A stretch of 62,933 nt of DNA, the filler included, from Pelomyxa schiedti (taxonomy: Eukaryota; Protista; Evosea): the NCBI GenBank assembly GCA_020536535.1. It is 8 parts of 8 records of this genome, joined end to end, with 100 filler letters (N's around TTAATTAATTAA, not from the genome) between each part and the next. Parts side by side here need not be neighbours in the genome. Positions count along the whole stretch, not along the records: positions 9,721 to 22,018 come from JAHLWZ010000338.1; positions 22,119 to 27,119 come from JAHLWZ010001535.1; 6 more parts are not named here. One strand, given 5' to 3'. Numbering within the stretch: the first letter of the stretch is position 1; the number at the start of each line of letters is the position of its first letter. A program made the position numbers and the translations under genes. Of this stretch, positions 10,281-22,672 are shown one piece after another. A model generated the notes under the pieces. It worked only from the letters and a program-made list of their open reading frames with translations, did no database searches and had not been told where the DNA came from.

Positions 10281-12243
10281 TCAGTGAGCCGAGCTGCTTG
10301 GCTCAGGAGTGACCAGCACCATCTTTGTCCCGGTTGTTTTCTTCTTAGTGAGGTCCACATGATGGAACCCCGAGGCGTCCGAGTGCTGCACCGGGGCGTC
10401 ATCGCCCCCCATAGACAGCAATGCCCCCTCGCCGTCCGGGTTGGCCTTCACGGACGTCCTCTTCCCGCGCGAAACGTGGGCGTGCCTCTTGGACTTGGGG
10501 TGCTTCTTCCTGCTATCCATCTCGACCGCGCCGGCGGCGTCTGTCATCACCGGCATTTCTTCCTTGCTGTCGCTCTCGCTTCCCGGGGCTTCGATTGTTC
10601 CGCCGGCGGCCTGGAAGCTCGCGATTTCCTCTTTGGTCATCTCGGTCAGGATGTCAAATATTTCGGTGAATGCCGGCCGGTTGTTTTGGTTTTGGTCCCA
10701 GCATCTGTTTGTGGTTGCATTACAATGATGTGAGTTGGAGTTTGGGGTGTGGATATTGTTCAGTTTGTTTGCTTATTTATATATATATATATATATATTT
10801 ATTGGGTAAGTGTTGGGGGGTTGAGTACAAACCTGACAATGAGCTTTGTGAGGTTCTCTGGGCAGTCTTTTGGAATTTCGGGCCTATCGCCGACTGTTAC
10901 CTTTAGGTGGAGTTATTTTTTTAATCACTCAACTATAGTAAAAAGGTACCTTCTTGGGAATGTCCCAGACAGCAATTCCGGACCAAGGTTCCTCACGTGT
11001 CCACATTTCCCATAGACACATACCGAAACTGAAAACATCAACCTGTATGAAGGTTAATCACATTCAAAGTACTATGAGTTGTTCTGCCTTGCTATTGTAC
11101 TGGTCCGTAGAAATAAGTTCTGGTGCCTATACCTACTTGAACAAAGAGGAAAAATACAAAACTATGTACCATATATACAGGGGTTCCCAATCCACATGTG
11201 TAGTTTTTCATTTGTTCTGCGTTTTATTATAAAATTTAACTTCTGGTTCATTGTTGAATTACCTGGGTTCTCCACATTCCTAGCTGTGCCAAAATCAGTC
11301 AATTTGCAGTTTACGGGAGCGTCAAGCGCGGTAGAAACAAGAAGCAGGTTTCCACACTTCAGATCACCTACTGCGGTTAAAATATAATTAAATGTGAGAA
11401 GTTACTCACGGAACAAAATCTTGTTTTGATGCAAGAAAACCATGGCATCTGCTGTGTTGAGAGCAAACTTCAATAGTAAGGCTAGTGGGAGATCTTTGTC
11501 CGATTCGAGTAGAGAGCTTAAACTGCCTTTCTCAATCAGTTCTGTGCAAATGCACAGTTTACCTGATTCGTGTAAGAGGTCGGTTCAGCTAGAGGAAAGT
11601 AGGTGTACCTGGTACATGGGATGCACCCACAAAAGAAACAATGCAAGGGTGCCTGAGCTGTTTCATCAACTCACATTCTTCCTCGAAGTCCTTCATTTCT
11701 GCTTCTCTGAAGGCTTCTTGATGCTTCAGAATTTTTACTGCCACAATCTGGGAGCGATACACGCCTCGGAATACTGACCTAAATGAGGTCAATTTTTTCA
11801 AAGTGGGTTTCGAAAATACCCAAATCCTCCAGATGCGAGAGGTGTTGGGTCAAGCATCACCTCCTCAGGGTCAATTCTTTCACTAACAGCTCCCTCAAGT
11901 TTGACATTGACAAAGGCACCTCCTAGGATTTCTCTGTCAGCTGGAGGTGTATCCCAGATAGCCCTGGCTGCCTTTAATGAGGAAGCAGCATAGACTTCGA
12001 CACGAAGAGGTTGGTCGTAATGGGTTGTGTACTGCAGCGTGAGAGCCAAGTCGACAACAACCACTCCGCCAGAGGGGATGAGCCCTCTTCCTGGGGTAGC
12101 AGTTATTTTTACCAAATGAGGAGCATCAGGGAGGAAAACAGAGTATGCTGCAGTATGGTTGGATCTGGTGAAAGAGGTTGGTTTACAGTGACAAATAAGG
12201 AAAGGAAACCTGTTTTTAATTTTTATGATATCCCTCAATTGCT
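10281..12243 (-). CDS. Receptor-type TKL protein kinase, 3' half (duplicate copy)
   Basis: GGFG, VAVK, FRDLKCGN, DFG, GTPVYMAPE and DVFSFG motifs across GT-AG introns. Confidence 0.8.
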
Positions 12244-12343
12244 NNNNNNNNNNNNNNNNNNNNNNNNNNNNNNNNNNNNNNNNNNNNNNNNNNNNNNNNN
12301 NNNNNNNNNNNNNNNNNNNNNNNNNNNNNNNNNNNNNNNNNNN

Positions 12344-13100
12344 GAACATCAACCTCCAGGAGCTGCAACTTCTCCAGGATTCGGCCACCCAAATGACCGC
12401 AACATTGGCCAGCCTCACTAAAAAAATGGATGTAATCCCAACACAATCAACAGCAACTGTAAATATACTACCAACAACTGCTCCGGCAACCGCAACAGCA
12501 ACCGCATCAACAAAATCCAGCATAACAACCAACGGCAATATAACCAAACAAATAGAGAAAGACAGCCACACCAAATCCGCATTACCAACACCAACACAAA
12601 GCACCAACAACACAACCAAACACCTGCTTCTATCCAAGAACCCTGTACTTCACAATCCACAACAACAGCAACAAGCCCACAAAGTTGAGAACAACAAGGC
12701 CCAAACAACAATAGCAACAAAAGCAACTGCAGCAGAGCAACAGCCGGACGACGAAGACGAGGAATTCCCCGAACAAGGAGGCCTCTACAATGCAGCAGAC
12801 TACGAGGATGATATCTTCTACACCCAACCAGGAGATACCAACCTCAAGAACAACAACGAGGAAGAATCAGAATCAGCACCAGCACTACTACCAGAAGAAG
12901 AAGAAGAGGATGCAGACCCCAAGTACACATCATCGGATATCACTGACATCAACCTTGATGATGGGACTTCATACTTCGAAGCTGGTGATGAGCACATAAT
13001 TACTGACTACAACGACGACGAACGGGGCGAGGGTGATGGCGACGGCGATTGTGACTCGGAGCCAGCCTTCACGGTTCACAGTCCAACACCAAGGGACTGA
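12344..13100 (+). CDS. Low-complexity T/Q/D/E-rich C-terminal fragment of an unknown gene
   Basis: Open frame from the scaffold gap to TGA at 13100. Confidence 0.45.
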
Positions 13101-13383
13101 GAGAGTACCTAAGAGATGGAAATCCCTGCTGGGAAGGACCTTACGTGACACAGATCTGTGATTTTGTGGATTTTCCCCGACCGGCAGCACCCTCAACGAA
13201 AAACGGGGTTTGAGACGCCCGTTCTCGAAAGTGGATTCTGCGACCAGACAATTTCGTCCCCAAAAGGTGGTGTAAATCTGAGGATATTCTTGTATTTAAA
13301 CTGAAGAAACCAACACATTTCTTACAAACCAACAAATTCGCCAGCATAAGTAAAGTGGTTGTTGTAACTGCGCTCGTCTGACC

Positions 13384-16300
13384 ATGGTGGTGTACGCATA
13401 CAGCACTCCCCTGCTACGCGCGGTCCTTTGCGTTGCAGCCATTGCGGCGATATCTTTCGCCCAAGAGGCCACCGACACCACGTGCGACTTTGAATGCTGG
13501 CTGCAGACTCTTATCATACACGTACCAGACACAAACTTCACAACCGTAATCGATGGACACAACACAACCATTTACGTGTGGAACGCGGAGTGTTCCCGAG
13601 TGGACTACGACGCCATAGACAGTAGCATCAAGAGCATGAAAACTTACACGGTTTGTTTTTTTTTTTTTTCTTTACATTTTGGTTAGATGAAATGTAACGA
13701 ATGTTGTCCACTTATTTAATGTCTAGATGGACTTTCAAGTCAGAGGTATTACTATGGAGTGTACAACAGACTATAAGTTTGTGGACCATGACACTGGTGA
13801 GACCTTTGAAGGAGGCTTCTTTGTGCAAGTTGAGCCGAGGGACTCCGTGCTCTATACCATCATGAACCTCACGTGGGACCATTATGGGATGCCAGGAGGC
13901 CTCCTCATCAACGAATGTGATGCCACTATTGGTATCTCGTTGAACCTCACAAGGGGCGATGATATTCCACCCAGGATATGGAACATATTCGTTGACATGG
14001 TGGACCAGACCCTTGAGGTAGCCACCTGTGAACTCTGTACCAGACTAGCTGCTGTTGTTACAGATAAGCTCAAGTGGATCAGCCACATGTGCAGGAACAT
14101 GACAAAGCCTCAGTCTGAGCCTGATTTTCCTCCTCCGAAGGGAAATCCCGCTGATATGACTGAAAGTGCTTACGTGAATTTGCTGGCTTACTACGCAGAT
14201 CAGCTTCTTGGCGCCGACGGAGAAGCGGGTGATATCAACGACGTGATAAACGGCATGACTAATGATACAGGTATTTTTTTTCTTTCTTGAATCAATAAGC
14301 TTACATTGGCAATTCCTAGGAATTTTTGAGTCAGCGTACAAATTCAACGGAACATTCTCAAACGATAAGATGGGCGATATTACCATTGGCGTTGAGACCA
14401 TAGAGATGGAAATAAATGCAACGGACTATGAACTTCTTACGCCGGTGGATAAGGTCACAGTTGACAACTGGATTCTGGTAAACCTGGGGTCACTGAATTG
14501 GACCATATGGTTCAATTGGACTACCGGGTATAATGATATTATGTATAACCCCGTACCTCTATTTGGGGACATGTTCTTCGGCGTTGTACTTCATGATACT
14601 ATGTGGCACTTCTTGATGCAGATGGCTATGTATCCAGATATAGGTGATAATTACACAAACGCCATGTGGTTTTCCTCTGACTGTATCCTGGAAATGTTTG
14701 ATGAAAATACAACTGGAATTACAAGCATGAATGCCAGTATCTCGTATGTTACTGGAGGTGCTGTAGCCGGAGGTTGGCTGGGTGGAGATATAAAAACTTT
14801 CGTGGATAATTTCTGTACCCTAACTGTCGATATGTACCTCGTTACGGCACCCCAGTGGATCGTTGGGATCATAACAGGGCCAGTTCTGAGGGAACTTAAT
14901 GACCGGATCTATAATACTCTTCATAATGCCTCCTGTGAATATAAGTCTGACGACGAGGTACCAACTGATGCAAACCAGGCAGCAACATACGTATCCCTTG
15001 CCGCGGCCGTTGCAGCCGGAACTTTCGTACTGCTGGGAGCACTAGCGGCAACATTCTGTACTATCCGGAGTAGAATCGGATCTGTGGAGGCGCCTAAGGA
15101 GGAAGGTGAAGATGCATCTATAAAAGGTGGCAAGGGTGGAGCCCACCAGGTGGCCCTCCTGTTCAATCCTCGGCTGAGATTCATAAGATTCTTTATTCCA
15201 GCTCTGATTCTTCTCAATGCTGTTCTATTTATTACATCACACACCGCTGCCATGTCGGCAGTAGTCTTTTATATCACCGGCGGTTTCACGCCTGATATCG
15301 AGCAGCCCTATTGTGGATTTGCTTTACCTCTCACAATTCATGTTAGTGGTTCCTACTAGGGTTCGTATTCCTTATTCATTTCTTTCCTACAGGACGCCTA
15401 CAAGGGTGACGCAGGATTATTGGCAACTTTGATACTCATATTTTCCGGAATCCTTCCTTACGTAAGGATTTTGTTGCTGATTGCCGTATGGTGTCTTCCT
15501 CCTAGACTTTTGCCTGTTAGAGCACGGGATTGGACACTCTTAGTTCTAGGTAGAGTAAGTTACTGTAATGTCAATCAATTTACACCTGAAAAGATGCCCT
15601 TGGAAAATGGACTTTGTTCCTTCTATTCGCGCTTGTTCCATTTTTCGTCTCTATGTCAGTTACTCTCAACTACCCGGTATACGATCCTGAAGGGAATTAT
15701 GTACCGAACCCTGTTACGGTTTCATCATACTCGGAGGCTCTATATGGATTCCTTACTCTTATTCTGGCGGTAATTGCCTCTCTGCTCATATCTCAGCTAG
15801 TACTGTTCTTGCATAGATGGGCTGAGTACATGGGAAAAGAAGAGGAACCAGATGACCGCGAAATCCATGTAACTCTATTCCAACGCACAATAGGAAGCGC
15901 CGGTCACCAGAAAATTGGGTGCATTACAGTCTCCGCTCTGTTTGGAATTGCTGCTATTTTTCTCCTTGTTGGATTACTGGGACCTGTGTATCAGTTCACT
16001 ACAAAGGGAATTTTGGGAGGAACAATTGATACCGTGGGGGATAAAACACACTTCCATTATTCCATGGCTACATTGACCGGAGCCTTTCCGGATGCTACCA
16101 ATGATCCCTCTGATTTCAAGATGAGACTGGTGCAAGCCACATTTATCTTCACTGCCTTCTGTGTCCCTATTCTTCATATTATACTGCTCACTGTCATGTG
16201 GGTGGTTCCCATGTCGAAATTAGCTTTGAGGAACCTCACATGGGCAACTGAGTTCGCCAATTCCTGGTCACTATATGAGGTAAATTTTGCCGCAATCACC

Positions 16301-16606
16301 TCCCTATTCACATTTACTAAAATCGTCAATTAGGTATTTGCACTCGCCACACTTGTGACTGTCCCATCCATGAACAAGCTCACAACATACATATCAAAGG
16401 ATGCATGTGACCTACTGACACCACTTTTGACGGGGTACATGACTGATGGAGAAACCTCATGCTTCAGAATAGTGGGTAAACTAGGAAATTGTTACTGGCC
16501 GGCTATGATAGGGGCAATCATATACTTTGCGACGACTCTGGTTGTACGGTTTTCAGCTGACATGGCCCTCCATAGACCTGGTGATGAGAGACCCATTATA
16601 AACTGA
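13384..16606 (+). CDS. Signal-peptide multipass membrane protein with a large luminal domain and PqiA-like TM repeats
   Basis: N-terminal hydrophobic signal; LIFSGILPYVRILLL...LDALGKWTL and CVPILHIILL...FANSWSLYEVF resemble two paraquat-inducible protein A motifs. Confidence 0.65.
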
Positions 16607-16744
16607 AGCCACCACAATTTTGGAACTATATTAGTAGTAAATAATAACATTCTTTACCTTTGTTACGAAAGAAGTGGTACCCTTCTAAAATTCTTGAATT
16701 CAAAGAGAGACCTTTTTTCTTTTTTTTTTTGCAAGTACATTTTA

Positions 16745-17407
16745 CTAGGACCGATTGAAATGGGGTAACTCTTCAATGGGGAACTGCATTTCAATAATGC
16801 CTTGGATTTGTGAGAAAGCAAATACTAACAGCGATAAGAACGCACCTGAAATAACTCCGTTTTGGAATGTTGGGGCATGATATATCTGGGGAGTATCAGA
16901 TAATGGAAAACGCATTAGTATTTTGGTCTAGTACTCACAAACTTCTTCTTTCCATTCTTTTCAATTGTGTATGTCTTGGGTACACCAGTGTCAATCAGAG
17001 CTTGCATCTGTTTTCCAATTATTTAGCTTTTACTCAATTTATGTATGTATTTTAGCTTGCAAAACATTACGCGCCAACACCCTTACAGCAAGGCATGACG
17101 GAACTCTTCAAATATAATATTATTTAAACCGAGGCAGGCAACTACCTTTTGTACGGACGCAGGGGTGTGACACGATTTAATTTCCTTTCCCAAGAGTGCC
17201 TTCCCGCCCCACTTTTCGTACACCTGCGCCAATTGTATGTCAAGTTAGATGAGATGATGTGTAGTAATTCGTAGCAACTCAGTGAGGTACCACGGCGGCC
17301 GCGTTGTTGAGGTACTTGACGACCATGTCCCTGTCCGTAACCATCACTGAAGCCCCCAGCTCATCTGCCCAGCAGTATTCCCCCGATACGGCACTAGTAG
17401 AGGCCAT
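16745..17407 (-). CDS. Stand-alone bacterial-type PAS domain protein, 119 aa, 5 exons
   Basis: Exons 17407-17291, 17223-17146, 17007-16939, 16885-16846 and 16800-16745 (all GT-AG) give WADELGASVMVTD...YLN...GGKALLGK...CH...YTIEKNGKKKFIYHAP...ELPHFNRS*. Confidence 0.85.
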
Positions 17408-17534
17408 CGTCTGTTCCCTATTTTGAAAAACAGCCGGTATCGAAAAAACTTTTATTCTGATTTTCCGAGAAACTGAAAAGTTTCTTCAGGGAGGAGCTCT
17501 ACCGCTTGGTGGCCTGGTCCCAGAGAGTGTTGGA

Positions 17535-17607
17535 GGTTTCGTAGTGCAACTGGTAGCACGTAAGTTTTACACACTTGAGGTCCTGGGATCGACACCCAGC
17601 GGAACCA
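17535..17607 (+). tRNA. tRNA-Val(UAC)
   Basis: GGTTTCG/CGGAACC acceptor, TAAGT-TT TAC AC-ACTTG anticodon arm, CTGGG-ATCGACA-CCCAG T-arm (A54), A73, downstream T-run terminator. Confidence 0.92.
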
Positions 17608-17724
17608 ACCTTTTTTTTTTCCTTCTTCCCCTAGGGTCATCATGGTGGAGTACTTTTCTTCTATGGTTTTTACAGAGCTTGGGTTGGGTGTTACGTGTTT
17701 GGTGTTGTGTTAATTAATTGGCTA

Positions 17725-20700
17725 TCAGTGAGCCGAGCTGCTTGGCTCAGGGGTGACCAGCACCATCTTTGTCCCGGTTGTTTTCTTCTTAGTGAGGTCC
17801 ACATGATGGAACCCCGAGGCGTCCGAGTGCTGCACCGGGGCGTCATCGCCCCCCATAGACAGCAACGCCCCCTCGCCGTCGGGGTTGGCCTTCACGGACG
17901 TCCTCTTCCCGCGCGAAACGTGGGCGTGCCTCTTGGACTTGGGGTGCTTCTTCCTGCTATCCATCTCGACCGCGCCGGCGGCGTCTGTCATCACCGGCAT
18001 TTCTTCCTTGCTGTCGCTCTCGCTTCCCGGGGCTTCGATTGTTCCGCCGGCGGCCTGGAAGCTCGCGATTTCCTCTTTGGTCATCTCGGTCAGGATGTCA
18101 AATATTTCGGTGAATGCCGGCCGGTTGTTTTGGTTTTGGTCCCAGCATCTGTTTGTGGTTGCATTACAATGATGTGAGTTGGAGTTTGGGGTGTGGATAT
18201 TGTTCAGTTTGTTTGCTGAGTGATATATATATATATATATTGGGTAAGTGTTGGGGGGTTGAGTACAAACCTGACAATGAGTTTTGTGAGGTGCTCTGGG
18301 CAGTCTTTTGGAATTTCGGGCCTATCGCCGACTGTTACCTTTAGGTAGAGTTATTTTAATCACTCAACAAGAGTAAAAAGGTACCTTCTTGGGAATGTCC
18401 CAGACAGCAATTCCGGACCAAGGTTCCTCACGTGTCCACATTTCCCATAGACACATACCGAAACTGAAAACATCAACCTGTATGAATGTTAATCACATTC
18501 AAAGTACTATGAGCTGTTCTGCCTTGCTATTGTACTGGTCCGTAGAAATAAGTTCTGGTGCCTATACCTATTTGAACAAAGAGGAAAAATACAAAACTAT
18601 GTACCATATATACAGGGGTTCCCAATCCACATGTGTAGTTTTTCATTTGTTCTGTGTTATTATAAAATTTAACTTCTGGTTCATTGTTGAATTACCTGGG
18701 TTCTCCACATTCCTAGCTGTGCCAAAATCAGTCAATTTGCAGTTGACGGGAGCGTCAAGCGCGGTAGAAACAAGAAGCAGGTTTCCACACTTCAGATCAC
18801 CTACTGCTGTTAAAATATAATTAAACGTGAGAAGTGACTCACGGAACAAAATCTTGTTTTGATGCAAGAAAACCATGGCATCTGCTGTGTTGAGAGCAAA
18901 CTTCAATAGTAAGGCTAGTGGGAGATCTTTGTCCGATTCGAGTAGAGAGCTTAAACTGCCTTTCTCAATAAGTTCTGTGCAAATGCACAGTTTACCTGAT
19001 TCGTGTAAGAGGTAGGTTCAGCTAGAGGAAAATATGTGTACCTGGTACATGAGATGCACCCACAAAAGAAACAATGCAAGGATGCCTGAGCTGTTTCATC
19101 AACTCACATTCTTCCTCGAAGTCCTTCATTTCTGCTTCTCTGAAGGCTTCTTGATGCTTCAGAATTTTGACTGCCACAATCTGGGAGCGATAGACGCCTC
19201 GGAATACTGATCTAAATGAGGTCAATTTTTTCAAAGTGGTTTCGAAAATACCCAAATCCTCCAGATGCGAGAGGTGTTGGGTCAAGCATCACTTCCTCAG
19301 GGTCAATTCTTTCACTAACAGCTCCCTCAAGTTTGACATTGACAAAGGCACCTCCTACGATTTCTCTGTCAGCTGGAGGTGTATCCCAGATAGCCCTGGC
19401 TGCCTTTAATGAGGAAGCAGCATAGACTTCGACACGAATAGGTTGGTCGTAATGGGTTGTGTACTGCAGCGTGAGAGCCAAGTCGACAACAACTACTCCA
19501 CCAGAGGGGATGAGGCCTCTTCCTGGGGTAGCAGTTATTTTTACCAAATGAGGTGCATCAGGGAGGAAAACAGAGTATGCTGCAGTATGGTTGGATCTGG
19601 TGAAAGAGGTTGGTTTACAGTGACAAATAAGGAAAGGAAACCTGTTTTTAATTTTTATGATATCCCTCAATTGCTNNNNNNNNNNNNNNNNNNNNNNNNN
19701 NNNNNNNNNNNNNNNNNNNNNNNNNNNNNNNNNNNNNNNNNNNNNNNNNNNNNNNNNNNNNNNNNNNNNNNNNNNGCATCAGGGAGGAAAACAGAGTATG
19801 CTGCAGTATGGTTGGATCTGGTGAAAGAGGTTGGTTTACAGTGACAAATAAGGAAAGGAAACCTGTTTTTAATTTTTATGATATCCCTCAATTGCTGCAT
19901 AACAGGGCACGCATCACTCTCCGCAATATCAAAATCAAGTTTCGTTTTCTTCATCACAAAGCCTGCAGTAGCCAGTTCTTTTCCTGCAAAGCGGGCAGCA
20001 GTTCCTGCCAGTTCCTCCTTAGATAGCAGAGGTGTCTTCTCCCCAGGCATTGTACGTAAAGCATGAAGAGAACGCTTTCGCCGTCGTACTACGAAGAATA
20101 TTGCTGCCCCAGCTCCAACACTTCCACAGACAGCACCGAAAATAATGGCAACCACAATGAAGCCAATGGCAACATTGCTGATAGGAATCATACGAGTGGA
20201 ATAATGCAGAACAAATCCGTGGCTACTTGTGGATCCAGAGAAATATACGTAGATGTTTTTATCCCGAAGAACTAGAGGAGCTGGAGCCTCTGTGTTGATG
20301 GAACTTATCAGGTCTATAGGATAACCACTGTAGTTCGATGTATACAGGGTCACTCTTCCACCTTTGTCTAATCCAACAAAAGGGAAGTCAATAACGAGTT
20401 CCTCGAACTTGTTTATTGGCGAGATTAGCCAACTACATGATGTATCTGTTACAAAGTGCATATCATCATAGAGGCCTGATGGTGGGGTATCAGACCATAT
20501 TTCCCCTTCACTGTCTGTCAAGTTGATAGGCTGGTCATTATTATAGGCACAACCCCGACTGCAGTCAAACCAGAAACTTCCATAATTACACGTGCAAAGC
20601 CCTGAGCTTTCATCACACCAACCGCGTTCGTTCTCATTGTTGCAGGTATTGTTATATCCTGTTCCACAAATTGTGTCTGTTTCACCACAGTCACTCCAAT

Positions 20701-22018
20701 CCAAAATGTACATGGATGAATCATAAAGCCATAAATCGCTTACGTCACTGGCATATTGAATTCCGTACACTCCTGGATCCAAATAGACACTCGAATCATT
20801 TTTCCCTGAGTAATCAGTGTTCCACTGAGGGAAAGCTTCATAGGGAATAAGGTTTGACCAAGTCATGAAATACCTGTATTATTATATCAATTTATGTAGG
20901 GCATTGGTACAATTGTTTGAATTGTCAGTCACTCACCTCCTATCAACGTAGAAACCTCCTGCCGTAAGCCCGTACCACAATTTATTTCCAGCCCCTGGCA
21001 CATCTTTTATTGTGAACCTAATTTGTTATGAGTTTCTTCTTGTTATTACGATCCATGTAACACACGGTATAAAGTAATCGAAAGGTATTTCTTCCTGGGG
21101 ACAGACCTCGATTGAACTCTCAATTTTGATTCCGCAATCGGGTTCCACCCAACCGTCATTACATACACAGTCACCAGTCTCCTCGATACAGGTTCCATGT
21201 TCGTAACAATAGTCAGGACAGCCGGGAACGTAACAGCGCCATCTGGGGGCAAACGTAACNNNNNNNNNNNNNNNNNNNNNNNNNNNNNNNNNNNNNNNNN
21301 NNNNNNNNNNNNNNNNNNNNNNNNNNNNNNNNNNNNNNNNNNNNNNNNNNNNNNNNNNNCGGGTTCCACCCAACCGTCATTACATACACAGTCACCAGTC
21401 TCCTCGATACAGGTTCCATGTTCGTAACAATAGTCAGGACAGCCGGGAACGTAACAGCGCCATCTGGGGGCAAACGTAACGACCGCTGGAGGACCAGCAG
21501 TTGTGGAGTCAGTATAACGGGATTCAGAGTACGCAATGGAAACAGAGCCACCTTTTAATTCCTCAAACGGGAGATAACAAAGGGGGAGGAAAATGAACCA
21601 GCAACGAATGCTTCCTGGCAAGACATAGAGATGGTGAAGTAACCAGGATCATCGATGGATGGCGCAATCCCAGCTGAATCAAGGCCCTCAACAGTCATTG
21701 TAGTACTATAAAAATATTAGGAGAACAAGAAAAATTAGTAGGACTAACTAAATGGGATCTGAATAGCTCAATGATCCTAAAATTGCAACTACGTGCATCT
21801 CATGAGAAGCACCATAAGTTGGCTGGTCACTAGGGCTCCCACGAGTAGATAAAAACTGGGAAACTGCACTCTTGGAACCTACAGACGTGGTGCGATCGAC
21901 CGGTCTTGAATTTGGTTGTGTCACCTCCCTTTTCCTGGTTGCTGTAGATATATCCCTTTTACCCACTGAATCGGAGATGTGAGAACCACTTTCATGTGAA
22001 ACAAGCTTTGCTAGTTTT
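17725..22018 (-). CDS. Transmembrane receptor TKL kinase with EGF-like and CUB extracellular domains (5' end missing)
   Basis: EGF-like CPDYCYEHGTC...CVCNDGW and CUB CSWLI...GFVLHY; TM IGFIVVAIIFGAVC...VVRRRKR; kinase motifs; two gaps with duplicated flanks. Confidence 0.85.
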
Positions 22019-22118
22019 NNNNNNNNNNNNNNNNNNNNNNNNNNNNNNNNNNNNNNNNNNNNTTAATTAATTAANNNNNNNNNNNNNNNNNNNNNNNNNN
22101 NNNNNNNNNNNNNNNNNN

Positions 22119-22403
22119 ACAAAAACCGAACTGTTAGTGTCGTAGTGCCTGAAAAAGAACAGAAGTATGGTTGCCTACTCCTGCTGTTTCTTTTTTTCTA
22201 ATTATTATTTTGTTTTCGCGCGCGCACACACACACCACTCTTTGTTGTTGGTCGTTCACGGAGTTCAGGAGGCCGGGGTCGCGGGCCAACATTGCACGCA
22301 GTGCCTCGATTTCGCCACGATACGCGGCACTGAACCACTTGCGCGACCCAGCGACGGCGGGCGGCTGCTCGCACGATGTGGATGCTGTTGTTGTTGCTGC
22401 CAT
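22119..22403 (-). CDS. Ankyrin-repeat protein, 5' fragment
   Basis: MAATTT...KWFSAAYRGEIEALRAMLARDPGLLNSVND, running off the contig end. Confidence 0.55.
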
Positions 22404-22672
22404 GTTGTTGTTGTTCACTTGGAATTTGGTGATGTTGTTGATGTGTGTGATGATGACTGTGACCCATCGCGTTGTGATGGACACAGAAGGTTCTGATTCC
22501 CCTTTTTTTCCTTGTAAAGTTGAAGAACGAACTGTAGTTAAAAGAAAAGAGGGTTCGTGATTGCGACGAGTGAGTTCCTCGTTTGTGTGTCTCTCAATAA
22601 TAAGGCATAGAGAGAGTGGTTGTGCCTTCGTTGATGATGATAATGCGTTACGGTGTTGGTTTGGTGGGGGGA

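Larger units (their letters stand above)
9721..12243. repeat. About 2.5-kb direct duplicate of 17132-19675 (PAS 5' exons, tRNA-Val, kinase 3' half)
   Basis: Colinear near-identity with scattered SNPs and indels; both copies end at tccctcaattgct before an N gap. Confidence 0.9.

Noticed and set aside
17081-17091. CCTTACAGCAA, matching the dictyostelid Class I RNA 11-mer
   Set aside because: No closing terminal stem, and it lies antisense within a PAS intron; a chance match is plausible
19556-19896. Exact repeats flanking 100-N gaps (also ~21140-21480 and ~43078-43417)
   Set aside because: Unmerged scaffold overlaps, not exon duplications
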